Assembly (NCBI RefSeq): GCF_964355755.1
Contig: NC_092673.1
Location: forward strand, 17,605,648-17,669,647
From: Antedon mediterranea
Lineage: Eukaryota > Animalia > Echinodermata
Reading direction: 5' to 3'
DNA: 64,000 bases
The number at the start of each line of letters is the position of its first letter. Position 1 is the first letter of the stretch. This document shows, piece by piece, positions 52,319 through 63,927 of the stretch. The notes under the pieces were generated by a model that saw nothing but the letters and a program-made list of their open reading frames with translations, did not search any database and had not been told where the DNA came from. The translations under genes were made by a program, and so were the position numbers.

Positions 52319-55300
52319 ATGGAAAGGTACGTTTGTTTTTTATTTCAAATCCAACAAAAATAACTGTAACGGTTAAAAACAAATTAAAATGTTTGAATAG
52401 TTAGCAATACTTTAAAACTTTCTTAAAAGATTATGAAATCATAAATATTACAATTAAAGGGCTCATTCTCATCAAATATAATGATTATTTCCATCAATCA
52501 TCATTTTCATAATATAATGTAATAATTCATTATTTCTTACATTTTAACAGGAACAAATTAGAAGAAGCTTTGTTGTACACGTGTGATTTGCAAACAATTA
52601 AACACATTTGTAAGACGCAACCAGATCTTGTGAAATCTATCAATGAGGTATTTAAAACAAGATGTACATTATTTTTATAATATTATCAAATAAGAAATTT
52701 AATTAAAGTTTAAAATTATAGAGATTGTAATTTTCTTTATTATTTATTATAACATTTTTTTATATAATGAATTACAATTATTTTGCAATATCACACTAAT
52801 GATGTTGGTAAGACCTGCATGCACTGATTAACCACATTAGGCTAAAAATAATAATATAAATACACACTGATGATGGGGATAACCTGCATGTACTGATTAA
52901 CCACATTAGGCTAAAAATAATAATATAAATACACACTGATGATGGAGGTATAACCTGCATGTACTGATTAACAACATTATGCTAAAAATAATAATATAAA
53001 TACACACTGATGATAGGGGTATAACCTGCATGCACTGATTAACCACATTAGGCTAAAAATAATAATATAAATACACACTGATGATGGAGGTATAACCTGC
53101 ATGTACTGATTAACCACTTTAGGCTAAAAATAATAATATAAATACACACTGATGATGGGGGTATAACATGCATGTACTGATTAACAACATTAGGCTAAAA
53201 ATAATAATATAAATACACACTGATGATGGGGGTATAACCTGCATGCACTGATTAACAACATTAGGCTAAAAATAATAATATAAATACACACTGATGATGG
53301 GGGTATAACCTGCATGTACTGATTAACCACATTAGGCTAAAAATAATAATATAAATACACACTGATGATGGGGGTATAACCTGCATGCACTGATTAACCA
53401 CATTAGGCTAAAAATAATAATATAAATACACACTGATAATGGGGGTATAACCTGCATGTACTGATTAACCACATTAGGCTAAAAATTATAATATAAATAC
53501 ACACTGATGGGTATGGCAAGCCTCAGCTGTCTGCAGTATTCGAAATATTATATTATTATATCATTTTCACGCTACATCACAAGAGAGGACTCAATCAGAT
53601 ATAAAGCAAGCAGCAATTTTAGGACTGAGAGACTGACGTTTTGCTAAAATGCATACTCGACTATAGTTTATAGGTCCCAGCTGCTGGACCCAAAAAACGT
53701 CTGGGAAAAGTGTCTATGAGGGCTCACGGTTGAACGATTTTGGATTCTTGCCCTTTGATTGGTTGACTTCAAGGCAAATGGTTTAACCTAAATTTGTTAT
53801 CGTATCTAGCTTAACTTAATTATGATATTAATTTCATTGGGTGTTAAAAATCAGTACCAAAAGTATGTACCAACTTTCTCTTCCATTGAGTATAAATTCT
53901 AGAAGTTGCACTTAATTTACTGAAATTTCTCATTACTTATATGTAAATTCATTAAACTGCTTATTGGCCTCATATTGTTAACATCTAAACATTTGTTTGT
54001 ACAATTTTATGAAATATGTATTTTATTAATGTTCAAATTTTGTGATTGATATTGTACAGTAAGTAGATTTTAATGATTACTTACATTAAGTAATAGGCTA
54101 ACAATCACTAGATCTGATCCATGGTAATATATTATATTTTGTTTTCATTTTATCAATAATGATAATTAGGATTTTATCACATTATTTAGCAGTAATTGTT
54201 GTTGTTTGTATTTACAAAAAAAACCAATTTTACATAATGTCTGTTGTCAGTATTTATAAACTTCATTATGATTCCTTTCCAGAATGGGAACACGCCATTA
54301 CATTCATATCTGGGGAGTGTATATACACCTACCTTAGAAATAGTGACATGTCTCATTCAGCATGGGACACCAGTAGCATTGCAAAATAAGGTAATGTACA
54401 GGGATTTGCTAGTGTAATAGGCTAATATTCTAAAGATATGCTGTGGTAGACCATTCTATTTTGTTATACTCATTTATCAATAATGATAATTAGGATTTTA
54501 TCACATTATTTAGCAGTAATTGTTGTTGTTTGTATTAACAAAAAAACCCAATTTCACATAATGTCTGTTGTCAGTATTTATAAAACTTCATTATGATTCC
54601 TTTCCAGGATGGTGAGACTCCATTACATTCATATCTGGGGAGTCTAAGCCTATATCCACTTCCCTTAGAAATAGTGACGTGTCTCATTCAGCATGGGGCA
54701 CCATTAGCATTGCAAAATAAGGTAATGTACAGGGATTTGCTAGTGTAATAGGCTAACATTCTATAGATCTACTGAAGTAAACCATTCAATGAGAGAAAAA
54801 AGTAAGCACATTAACAAAAATCAAATTTGATTAAAACAAACCAAATAAAAAAATAACTAAATAGTTATATATGATTTATGATAACTGATTTAAAGTGTAC
54901 AGCTACCTATCATATAACATAAATCTTTAATTTTCTTAATGAACAATTTTTTTTATATATTCAGTTATTAATAAACAATTATTGACAATGGTCTAATTAA
55001 TTGTAAATATGAAATAAAATGCGACAACTACTAAACAACTAAAAATGTTTATGTTAAAAAAATTAATAGAATCTGATTTTAATAAAAAATAATTATTAAT
55101 TAATAACCTACTCCCTCCCTTACCTTACAAAAAATGCTTCTGTCAGTCTATCCAGCTAATTATAAACATGGCCTTAAACTGCATCTGGAGATCTTTTTCC
55201 AACCTAGGATATTTTTGTGCAAACATTTTGCCACAAAAGGAAGAGAAATGTAAATAATATTTAGCCTTTAGTTAGTGGTTTCCAAAATTTAAAATGTTTG

Positions 55301-58300
55301 AGCAATGCAATTTAAAAAAGAAAGCTAATATGAAATTATTCTGTTCAAACTGAATGCTTTAAGAACAGTTCCGTCTCTTATCTTATGACTTTTCGGGGAA
55401 AAATGACATTATTAAAGTTGCTATATAAAATTTGATACTAGTAAGTGTCAATAGATGGTTCTTAAATACATGACCTTTGATAAATAACTGAAAATTGCAC
55501 TGTACACAAGGCAAATAAATACAGATATGATGGAATTTATGTAGTCAAATATAATTTTCATCCTGAGAATTACCTTAATTTTGTTTATTGCATGGCATTG
55601 TTCACCAAATTCCTGTCTTGGTACAATTGATGATGGGATGGTATAAGGCTTCATGATATGATATGATCTTCATCGAGGCAAATGATAAATTTGTTTTGAT
55701 CGTCAATATAGTACACTGGTTTTCATTAGGTGTTAAAAATTAGTACCGAAAGTATGTACCAACTTTCTCTACCATTGGGTTAAAATTCTAGAAGTTGAAC
55801 TTAATTTACAGAAATTTCCCATTACGTAAATTTATATATAAATTCATTAAACTGCTTTGTGGCCTCATATTTTTAATATCTAAACATTTGTTTGTACAAT
55901 TTTATGAAATATTTATTTTATAACGTTCAAATTTTGTGATTGATATTGTACAGTAAGTAGATTTTAATGATTACTTACATTAAGTAATAGGCTAACAATC
56001 ACTAGATCTGATCCATGGTAATATATTATATTTTGTTTTCATTTATCAATAATGATAATTAGGATTTTATCACATTATTTAGCAGTAATTGTTGTTGTTT
56101 ATATTAACAAAAAACCCAATTTTACATAATGTCTGTTGTCAGTATTTATAAACTTCATTATGATTCCTTTCCAGGATGGTGAGACTCCATTACATTCATA
56201 TCTGAGGAATGTATATAGAATACATAGCTTAGAAATAGTGACTTGTCTCATTCAGCATGGGACACCAGTAGCATTGCAAAATAAGGTAATGTACAGGAAT
56301 TTGCTAGTGTAATAATAAGCTAACATTATATAGATATGCTGAAGTAAACCATTCTATGAGAGAAAAAAGTAAGCACATTAACAAAAATCAAATTTGATTA
56401 AAACAAACCAAATAAAAAAATAACTAAATAGTTATATATGATTTATGATAACTGATTTAAAGTGTACAGTTACCTATCATATAACATAAATCTTTAATTT
56501 TCTTAATGAACAAAAAAATCTATTTTTTTTTATATATTCAGTTATTAAATAACAATTATTGTCAACGGTCTAATTAATTGTAAATATGACGTAAATACTA
56601 AACAAATAAAAATATTTATGTTAAAAAAATTAATAGAATCTGATTTTAATAAAAAATAATTATTAATTAATAACCTACTCCCTCCCTTACCTTACAAAAA
56701 ATGCTTCAGTCAGTGTATCCAGCTAATTATAAACATGGCCTTAAACTACATCTGGAGATCTTTTTCCAACCTAGGATCTTTTTATGCAAATATTTTGCCA
56801 CAAAAGGAAGAGAAATGTAAATAATGTTTAGCCTTTTAGTTAGTGGTTTCCAAAATTTAAAATGTTTGAGCAATGCAATTTAAAAAAGAAAGCTAATATG
56901 AAATTATTCTTTTCAAACTGAATGCTTTAAGAACAGTTCCGTCTCTTATCTTGTGACTTGTTGGGGAAAAATGACATTATTAAAGTTGCTATATAAAATG
57001 TGATACTAGTAGTGCCAATAGATGCTCCTTAAATACATGACCTTTGGTAAATAACTGAAAATTGTTTAAGTACAAAGCAAATAAATACATATATGTTGGA
57101 ATTTATGTTGTCAAATATAATTGTCATCCTGAGAATTAACTTAATTTTGTTCATTACATGTTATTGTTCACCAAATTCCTGTCTTGGTACATTTTATTAT
57201 GAGATGGTATCAGACTTCATGATATGATTTTCATTAAGGCAAATGGTTTAAACTAAACTTGTTATCGTTAATATCGAACTTAGCCTAATTATGATATTGA
57301 TTTCATTAGGTGTTAAAAATCAGTACCGAAAGTATTTACCAACTTTCTCTACCATTGAGTATAAATTCTAGAAGTTGCACTTAATTTACTGAAATTTCCC
57401 ATTACCTAAATTTATATGTAAATTCATTAAACTGCTTATTGGTCTCATATTGTTAACATCTAAACATGTATTTGTACAATTTTATGAAATATGTATTTTA
57501 TTAATGTTCAAATTTTGTGATTGATATTGTACAGTAAGTCGATTTTAATGATTACTTACATTAAGTAATAGGCTAACAATCACTAGATCTGATCCATGGT
57601 AATATATTATATTTTGTTTTCATTTTATCAATAATGATAATTAGGATTTTATCACATTATTTTGCAGTAATTGTTGTTGTTTGTATTTACAAAAAAAAAA
57701 CAATTTCACATAATGTCTGTTGTCAGTATTTATAAACTTCATTATGATTCCTTTCCAGTCTGGTGACACTCTATTACATTCATATCTGGGGAGTGGATAT
57801 AAACCTACCTTAGAAATAGTGACGTGTCTCATTCAGCATGGGGTACCATTAGCATTGGAAAATAAGGTAAATGTACAGGAATTTGCTAGTGTAATAGGCT
57901 AACATTATATAGATATGCTGAAGTAAACCATTCAATGAGAGAAAAAAGTAAGCACATTAACAAAAATCAAATTTGATTAAAACAAACCAAATAAAAATAG
58001 TTATATATGATTTATGATAACTGATTTAAAGTGTACAGTTACCTATCATATAACATAAATCTTTAATAATAATAAATGAAAACTTATATAGCGCCGGTAT
58101 CCTCCACCCATGTGGCGCTCATGGCGCTTTGTGCATTAACAACGTGCGAGAACATCAGCGAATAGCGACGTCTTTAGGTTGGTCTTGAAACTGTTTAGAC
58201 TAGTTGAGCATTTAACTGTTGCTGGTAAGCTGTTCCATACACTTGCGGCCGCAACGAAAAAAGATCTCTGACCCCACTGATTTTTCGCTCTACGCTCTTG

Positions 58301-61300
58301 AAGAAGGTTTTGTGACAATGATCGTAGGCCTCTGCGGGATGATTCGTAACGATCCACAAGGTCAGATAAATAAGCAGGAGCACTGTCATTTAGGATCTTG
58401 AATACAAACAACGCAAGTTTGTACTTAATACGTTGTTGAACAGGCAACCAATGCAAATCCATCAGGACAGGAGTTATGTGAGCGTTTGATTTTGTATAAG
58501 TTACAATTCTAGCTGCCATATTTTGCAAGCGCTGCAAACGTTGTATTTGAGATTTTGGTATGCCAAACAACAAGGCATTACCAATGTCAATTTTAGAAGT
58601 GACAAATGAGTGTACAATCAATTCAGCTGTTTTCTTGTTAAGATTACCGCGAATACGACCAAGGTTCCTAATCGATATGCATGCTGCTTTGGATACAGTT
58701 GTTATTTGTGCTTCCATAGTGAGATTACTATCCAGCATGATTCCCAGATTCCGGACCACCGATGAGGGAGCGATGTTAGAGTTTCCGATTCTGAAATGTG
58801 TGATGTTGATTTTGGAGATGTTACCTTTAGACCCGACGATAATAAACTCTGTCTTTCCATCATTCAACTTTAGGTAATTTGTTGTCATCCAATTGCGAAC
58901 ATCTTCTATACAGGCTTCCATCTTACTGATTGCTGCAGCAACATCCCTTTCCACTGGATTTACTGACACATAAATCTGTGTATCATCTGCATAGAAATGG
59001 AAATGTAGACTGTGTTTGCGAATAATGTCACCAAGGGGAAGCGTATAAATGGAAAACTGGCCAGGACCAATTACTGACCCCTGTGGTACACCATATTCCA
59101 GGCAAGCTTCATCTGAGAATGCATCATTGATACAGACTAGCTGACGTCTTCCTGTAAGATATGACTGGAACCAGTTAAGAGCAACACCATTTATGCCAAT
59201 GCGATTTCTCAGACGGGTTATCAGTCTTCGGTGATCAACTGTATCAAACGCTGCTGACAAATCCAACAACACCAATAGCGTTATTTTCCCATCATTCATT
59301 CCTTGTAACAAATCATTCTGTACCTTTAAAAGGGAACTCTCCGTGCTATGACATGCACGATATGCCGACTGGTAATTCTCATTTAAATTATGCTTTTGAA
59401 GATATGGAGTAATGCGTGATGTCACTACACGCTCCAGAGTCTTTCCAAGAAAAGAAAGATTCGACACCGGGCGGTAATTTTTCAGCGTGTTATGATCCAA
59501 GTTTTGCTTTTTTATTAAAGGACGAACGTGAGCAATTTTCAGTTCATCTGGCACTATGCCGGTATTAAGAGAATGGTTAATGATTTCCGTTATTATTGGA
59601 ACGACTGCGTCTATACACTTCTTCAGTATAGAAGTAGGAACTGGATCTAACCTGCATGATTTTGTTGGTGATTTCATCAGAATGTTGCGGATCTCATCTT
59701 GAGATGCTGGTGTAAATGTTGTGAGATGCTGATGAACAGCTGTCACAGGCTCATTAAATGACATGTCATCAATCTTGAAGTCGTCTCTGATGAAAAACTG
59801 ACAGAACCTGTTCGCAAGATCTAAGTCAGAAAGACTATCTGAGAGAGGTGATACCTGGCGATGATGAAGGAGTTGGTTAACAATTTTAAAAAGTCCTTTC
59901 TGATCTGCTGCATGTTCTTCACACAAGCCAATGTAGTAGTTGGCCTTTGCCTTTCTTACCATGGAATTTACATTCCTCTTCTGTGCAATGTAAGCTTGAC
60001 GATCTATTTCCAGATGAGAGATTCTCCATTTCTTTTCAAGCTTACGCTTTGTTCTTTTCTCAGCATAGATGTCACTGTTATACCAACTAGTGTTTGGTCG
60101 GACCTTTACTGTTCTCTTTTTCGGTGGTGCGTGTTTGTCAAGAAGTTCACTCAAAGTGGTGACATATAGTCGTACTTTACTTGATAAATCAAGATTTGAG
60201 AGCGAAGTTCCGAGATCAGACTGTGTGATATCTTTACATAATGTCTCAAAATTTATAGCATTCCAATGACGAGTTTCGATGGATTTAGTGATTACGGGTG
60301 GCTTCTTGATAAGGAGATTACATGTGATTGCATAGTGATCTGATATACCATCAATGACATTAAGGTTTGAGAAAACAGGAGGATCAGATGAACGAGTGAT
60401 CAGCAAGTCTAATGTATGACCATGTCGGTGTGTAGGTGTAGACACATGCTGTTGAAGACTGCTTGCTGCAAGTAGATTCCGAAAATGAATTGCATCTGCA
60501 TCATTTGGCATATCCACATGGATGTTAAAGTCTCCAACGAATAGTATGGGAGCCGGCTTCAATACATAGTGATCAACCAAAGTTGAGAATTCTTCAGTGA
60601 AAACATTTAGACTGCAACCCGTTGATTTGCTTTGAGGACGATATACTGCTACGAGGAAAACTGAGGATGCATTGCTGACTATTTCCACATTTAGCAGTTC
60701 AAATGATTTTGGTAATAATCCCGTGTCATAACATTTAACCGCTATGCTTTCCTTGTAAAGAAGTGCAACTCCACCACCTCTTTTAGTACTAGCACGGGGA
60801 GCATGTTTTAGAGAGTATCCGTTGGGTGTAATATTTCCTATAACTGATGTGTCTTCTGGTTTAAGCCACGTTTCCGAAAGGGCAACAACATCCAGATTAT
60901 GTTCGATAACGAAATCCACAAATTCTGTTGTTTTGTTCCGAACGGATCTTGTATTAATACAGCAAAATGTAATATTGTTTTTAGATAAGAGAGAGTTTGA
61001 TGATAAGTCCGGAAATGATAGATTGTTTTTAGTGTGTTTGTTTGTTTGTTTGTCACGCCCAGCTCTTGTACCACGCCTGGTTTTTCTTTTTGGCCTCCTT
61101 GGTAATAGGTGGATACTACAGCTACTGGAGTTCAACTTAAAAGATTGTATAATTAAGCAAGATTCTTCAGGAAGTTCACAACTGTTATTGTTGTTGGTTA
61201 CACAGCCCTGTAAACCATGAAGAAACTCAGAGCTATAGCTAATTAGCATGACAACAGCAGATCTTCAAGCATGAGGTGTACAAGGTCATTTACATAACAA

Positions 61301-62970
61301 TATGCACAGTCAGATTGAAAGTACAGGGCTAGCTTCCCACTGATGCTAGTAGACCATTGTTCTTGGGCAGTGATGAGTTTGAATTAAAACAATAAAGGCA
61401 CAAGCAGGGCCTAGCTGAACTTCAGGAAACAACAAGAAAAACAACTGCGATTTACTCCAAGATACGATTATTTCCACATAAGAAATTTGTGAATATATGG
61501 TGCTCAATTTGCTATTCCAGCATCCAGTAAAACTTATTTGATGAAAAAAACCATCTGCAAACAGATACGAAGTTGTTATGCACAGAGCAATATAGAGCCG
61601 CCACATGGGCGCTGCAACACTCCTCCTCTTATTTAAGTTTCTTAATGAACAAAAAAATCTATATTTTTTTATATATTCAGTTATTAAATAACAATTATTG
61701 ACAATGGTCTAATTAATTGTAAATATGAAATAAAATGCGACAACTACTAAAGAACTAAAAATGTTTATGTTAAAAAATTAATAGAATCTGATTTTAATAA
61801 AAAATGATTATTAATTAATAATGTGCTCCTTCCCTTATCTTACAAAAAAAATGCTTCTGTCAGTCTATCCAGCTAATTATGAACATGGCCTTAAAGAAAT
61901 CCTTTTCCAACCTAGGATCTTTTTGTGCAAACATTTTGCCACAAAATGAAGAGAAATGTAAACAATGGTTTGTTAGTTTTCAAAATCTAAATTGTTTAAG
62001 TAATGCAATTTAAAAAAGAAAGGTAATATGAAATTATTCTTTTCAAACTGAATGCTTTTAAGAAAAGTTCCGTCTCTTATCTTATGACTTTTTTGGAAAA
62101 ATGATTAAAATTAAAATATAATATACTAGTAAGTGCTCACAGATGCTTCTCGAATTCATGAACTTTGGTAAATAACGGAAAATTGCACTGTACACAAAGC
62201 AATACAGATATGATGGAATTTATGTAGTCAAATATAATTGTCATCCTGAGAATTACCTTAATTTTGTTTATTGCATGGTATTGTTCACCAAATTCCTGTC
62301 TTGGTACATTTGATGATGGGATGGTATCAGACTTCATGATATGATATGATCTTCATCGAGGCAAATGATAAATTTGTTTTGATCGTCAATATAGTACACT
62401 GGTTTTCATTTGGTGTTAAAAATTAGTACCGAAAGTATGTACCAACTTTCTCTACCATTGGGTTAAAATTCTAGAAGTTGAACTTAATTTACAGAAATTT
62501 CCCATTACGTAAATTTATATATAAATTCATTAAACTGCTTTGTGGCCTCATATTTTTAATATCTGAACATTTGTTTGTACAATTTTATGAAATATTTATT
62601 TTATAACGTTCAAATTTTGTGATTGATATTGTACAGTAAGTAGATTTTAATGATTATTTACATTAAGTAATAGGCTAACAATCACTACCTGTAGATCTGA
62701 TCCATGGTAATTATATTTCGTTTTCATTTATTAATAATGATAATTAGGATTTTATCACATTATTTAGCAGTAATTGTTGTTGTTTATATTAACAAAAAAC
62801 CCAATTTCACATAATGTCTGTTTTCAGTATTTATAAACATCATGATTATGATTCCTTTCCAGAATGATGACACTCTATTACATTCATATCTGAGTAGTGT
62901 ATATCCACCTACCTTAGAAATAGTGACGTGTCTCATTCAGCATGGGACACAAGTAGCGTTGCAAAATAAG
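52319..62970 (+). CDS. Ankyrin-repeat gene 2, 5' part (3' end outside the window)
   Basis: join(52319-52326, 52551-52647, 54283-54390, 54608-54721, 56175-56285, 57759-57866, 62863-62970). All GT-AG. Begins MERNKLEEALLYTCDLQ.., paralogous to gene 1. Confidence 0.82.
52551..52647 (+). CDS. Gene 2 N-cap exon
   Basis: (R)NKLEEALLYTCDLQTIKHICKTQPDLVKSINE, ttttaacag|..GAG|gtattt. Confidence 0.85.
52793..53510. repeat. Intronic tandem array, 71-bp unit x ~10
   Basis: TACACACTGATGATGGGGGTATAACCTGCATGTACTGATTAACCACATTAGGCTAAAAATAATAATATAAA. Confidence 0.95.
54283..54390 (+). CDS. Gene 2 ankyrin exon R1
   Basis: NGNTPLHSYLGSVYTPTLEIVTCLIQHGTPVALQNK, 108 bp, phase 0/0. Confidence 0.9.
54608..54721 (+). 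CDS. Gene 2 ankyrin exon R2
   Basis: DGETPLHSYLGSLSLYPLPLEIVTCLIQHGAPLALQNK, 114 bp. Confidence 0.9.
56175..56285 (+). CDS. Gene 2 ankyrin exon R3
   Basis: DGETPLHSYLRNVYRIHSLEIVTCLIQHGTPVALQNK, 111 bp. Confidence 0.9.
57759..57866 (+). CDS. Gene 2 ankyrin exon R4
   Basis: SGDTLLHSYLGSGYKPTLEIVTCLIQHGVPLALENK, 108 bp. Confidence 0.9.
58067..61631 (-). mobile_element. L2-type LINE, apparently complete, inserted in a gene 2 intron
   Basis: L2-style 3' end (..GCGCTATATAAG..(TTA)n). TTTAA duplicated at 58062-58066 and 61632-61636. Sister intron units show the empty site AATCTTTAA(T/G)TTTCTTAATG. Confidence 0.9.
58136..61249 (-). CDS. APE endonuclease-reverse transcriptase polyprotein (L2-like)
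   Basis: 1037 aa uninterrupted: INTRSVRNK, SETWL, GDFN, HGHTLDL, SDH, NYRPVSNL, LLDLSAAFD, GVPQGS, YADD, HWLP. Confidence 0.92.
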   Translation of the reverse strand: MLISYSSEFLHGLQGCVTNNNNSCELPEESCLIIQSFKLNSSSCSIHLLPRRPKRKTRRGTRAGRDKQTNKHTKNNLSFPDLSSNSLLSKNNITFCCINTRSVRNKTTEFVDFVIEHNLDVVALSETWLKPEDTSVIGNITPNGYSLKHAPRASTKRGGGVALLYKESIAVKCYDTGLLPKSFELLNVEIVSNASSVFLVAVYRPQSKSTGCSLNVFTEEFSTLVDHYVLKPAPILFVGDFNIHVDMPNDADAIHFRNLLAASSLQQHVSTPTHRHGHTLDLLITRSSDPPVFSNLNVIDGISDHYAITCNLLIKKPPVITKSIETRHWNAINFETLCKDITQSDLGTSLSNLDLSSKVRLYVTTLSELLDKHAPPKKRTVKVRPNTSWYNSDIYAEKRTKRKLEKKWRISHLEIDRQAYIAQKRNVNSMVRKAKANYYIGLCEEHAADQKGLFKIVNQLLHHRQVSPLSDSLSDLDLANRFCQFFIRDDFKIDDMSFNEPVTAVHQHLTTFTPASQDEIRNILMKSPTKSCRLDPVPTSILKKCIDAVVPIITEIINHSLNTGIVPDELKIAHVRPLIKKQNLDHNTLKNYRPVSNLSFLGKTLERVVTSRITPYLQKHNLNENYQSAYRACHSTESSLLKVQNDLLQGMNDGKITLLVLLDLSAAFDTVDHRRLITRLRNRIGINGVALNWFQSYLTGRRQLVCINDAFSDEACLEYGVPQGSVIGPGQFSIYTLPLGDIIRKHSLHFHFYADDTQIYVSVNPVERDVAAAISKMEACIEDVRNWMTTNYLKLNDGKTEFIIVGSKGNISKINITHFRIGNSNIAPSSVVRNLGIMLDSNLTMEAQITTVSKAACISIRNLGRIRGNLNKKTAELIVHSFVTSKIDIGNALLFGIPKSQIQRLQRLQNMAARIVTYTKSNAHITPVLMDLHWLPVQQRIKYKLALFVFKILNDSAPAYLSDLVDRYESSRRGLRSLSQNLLQERRAKNQWGQRSFFVAAASVWNSLPATVKCSTSLNSFKTNLKTSLFADVLARC
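62863..62970 (+). CDS. Gene 2 ankyrin exon R5
   Basis: NDDTLLHSYLSSVYPPTLEIVTCLIQHGTQVALQNK, 108 bp. Confidence 0.9.
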
Positions 62971-63927
62971 GTAAATGTACAGGGATTTGCTAGTGTAATA
63001 GGCTAACATTATATAGATATGCTGAAGTAAACCATTCAATGAGAGAAAAAAGTAACCACATTAACAAAAATCAAATTTGATTAAAACAAACCAAATAAAA
63101 AAATAACTAAATAGTTATATATGATTTATGATAACTGATTTAAAGTGTACAAATCTTTAAGTTTCTTAATGAACAAAAAAATCTATTTTTGTTTATATAT
63201 TCAGTTATTAAATAACAATTATTGACAATGGTCTAATTAATTGTAAATATGAAATAAAATGGGACAACTACTAAACAACTAAAAATGTTTAGGTTAAAAA
63301 AATTAATAGAATCTGATTTTAATAAAAAAATAATTATTAATTAAAAACCTGCTCCCTCCCTTACCTTACAAAAAATGCTTCTGTCAGTCTATCCAGCTAA
63401 TTATAAACATGGCATTAAACTACATCTGGAGATCCGTTTCCAACCTAGGATCTTTTTGTGCAAACATTTTGCCACAAAATGAAGAGAAATGTAAACAATG
63501 TTTTGTTAGTTTTCAAAATCTAAATTGTGTGAGTAATGCAATTTAAAAAAGAAAGGCAATATGAAATTATTCTTTTCGAACTGAATGCTTTTAAGAAAAG
63601 TTCCGTCTCTTATCTTATGACTTTTTTTGAAAAATGAATTCTCGTTAAAATATAATATACTAGTAAGTGCTCACAGATGCTTTTTGAATACATAAACTTT
63701 GGTAAATAACTGAAAATTATACTGTACACAAGGCAAATAAATACAGATATGATGGAGATCTGATCCATGGTAATATATTATATTTTGTTTTCATTTATCA
63801 ATAATGATAATTAGGATTTTATCACATTATTTAGCAGTAATTGTTGTTGTTTGTATTAACAAAAAAACCCAATTTCACATATGTCTGTTGTCAGTTTATA
63901 AACTTCATGATTATGATTCCTTTTCAG

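Noticed and set aside
58219-61220. Antisense and alternative-frame ORFs overlapping the LINE ORFs (also at 698, 3510, 38251, 39214)
   Set aside because: Shadow frames of long coding sequences with no recognisable motifs.
24267-61631. RTs inside ankyrin introns as a diversity-generating retroelement
   Set aside because: They are ordinary LINE RTs with tails and TSDs. There is no template/variable repeat pair, and the changes are not visibly adenine-specific.
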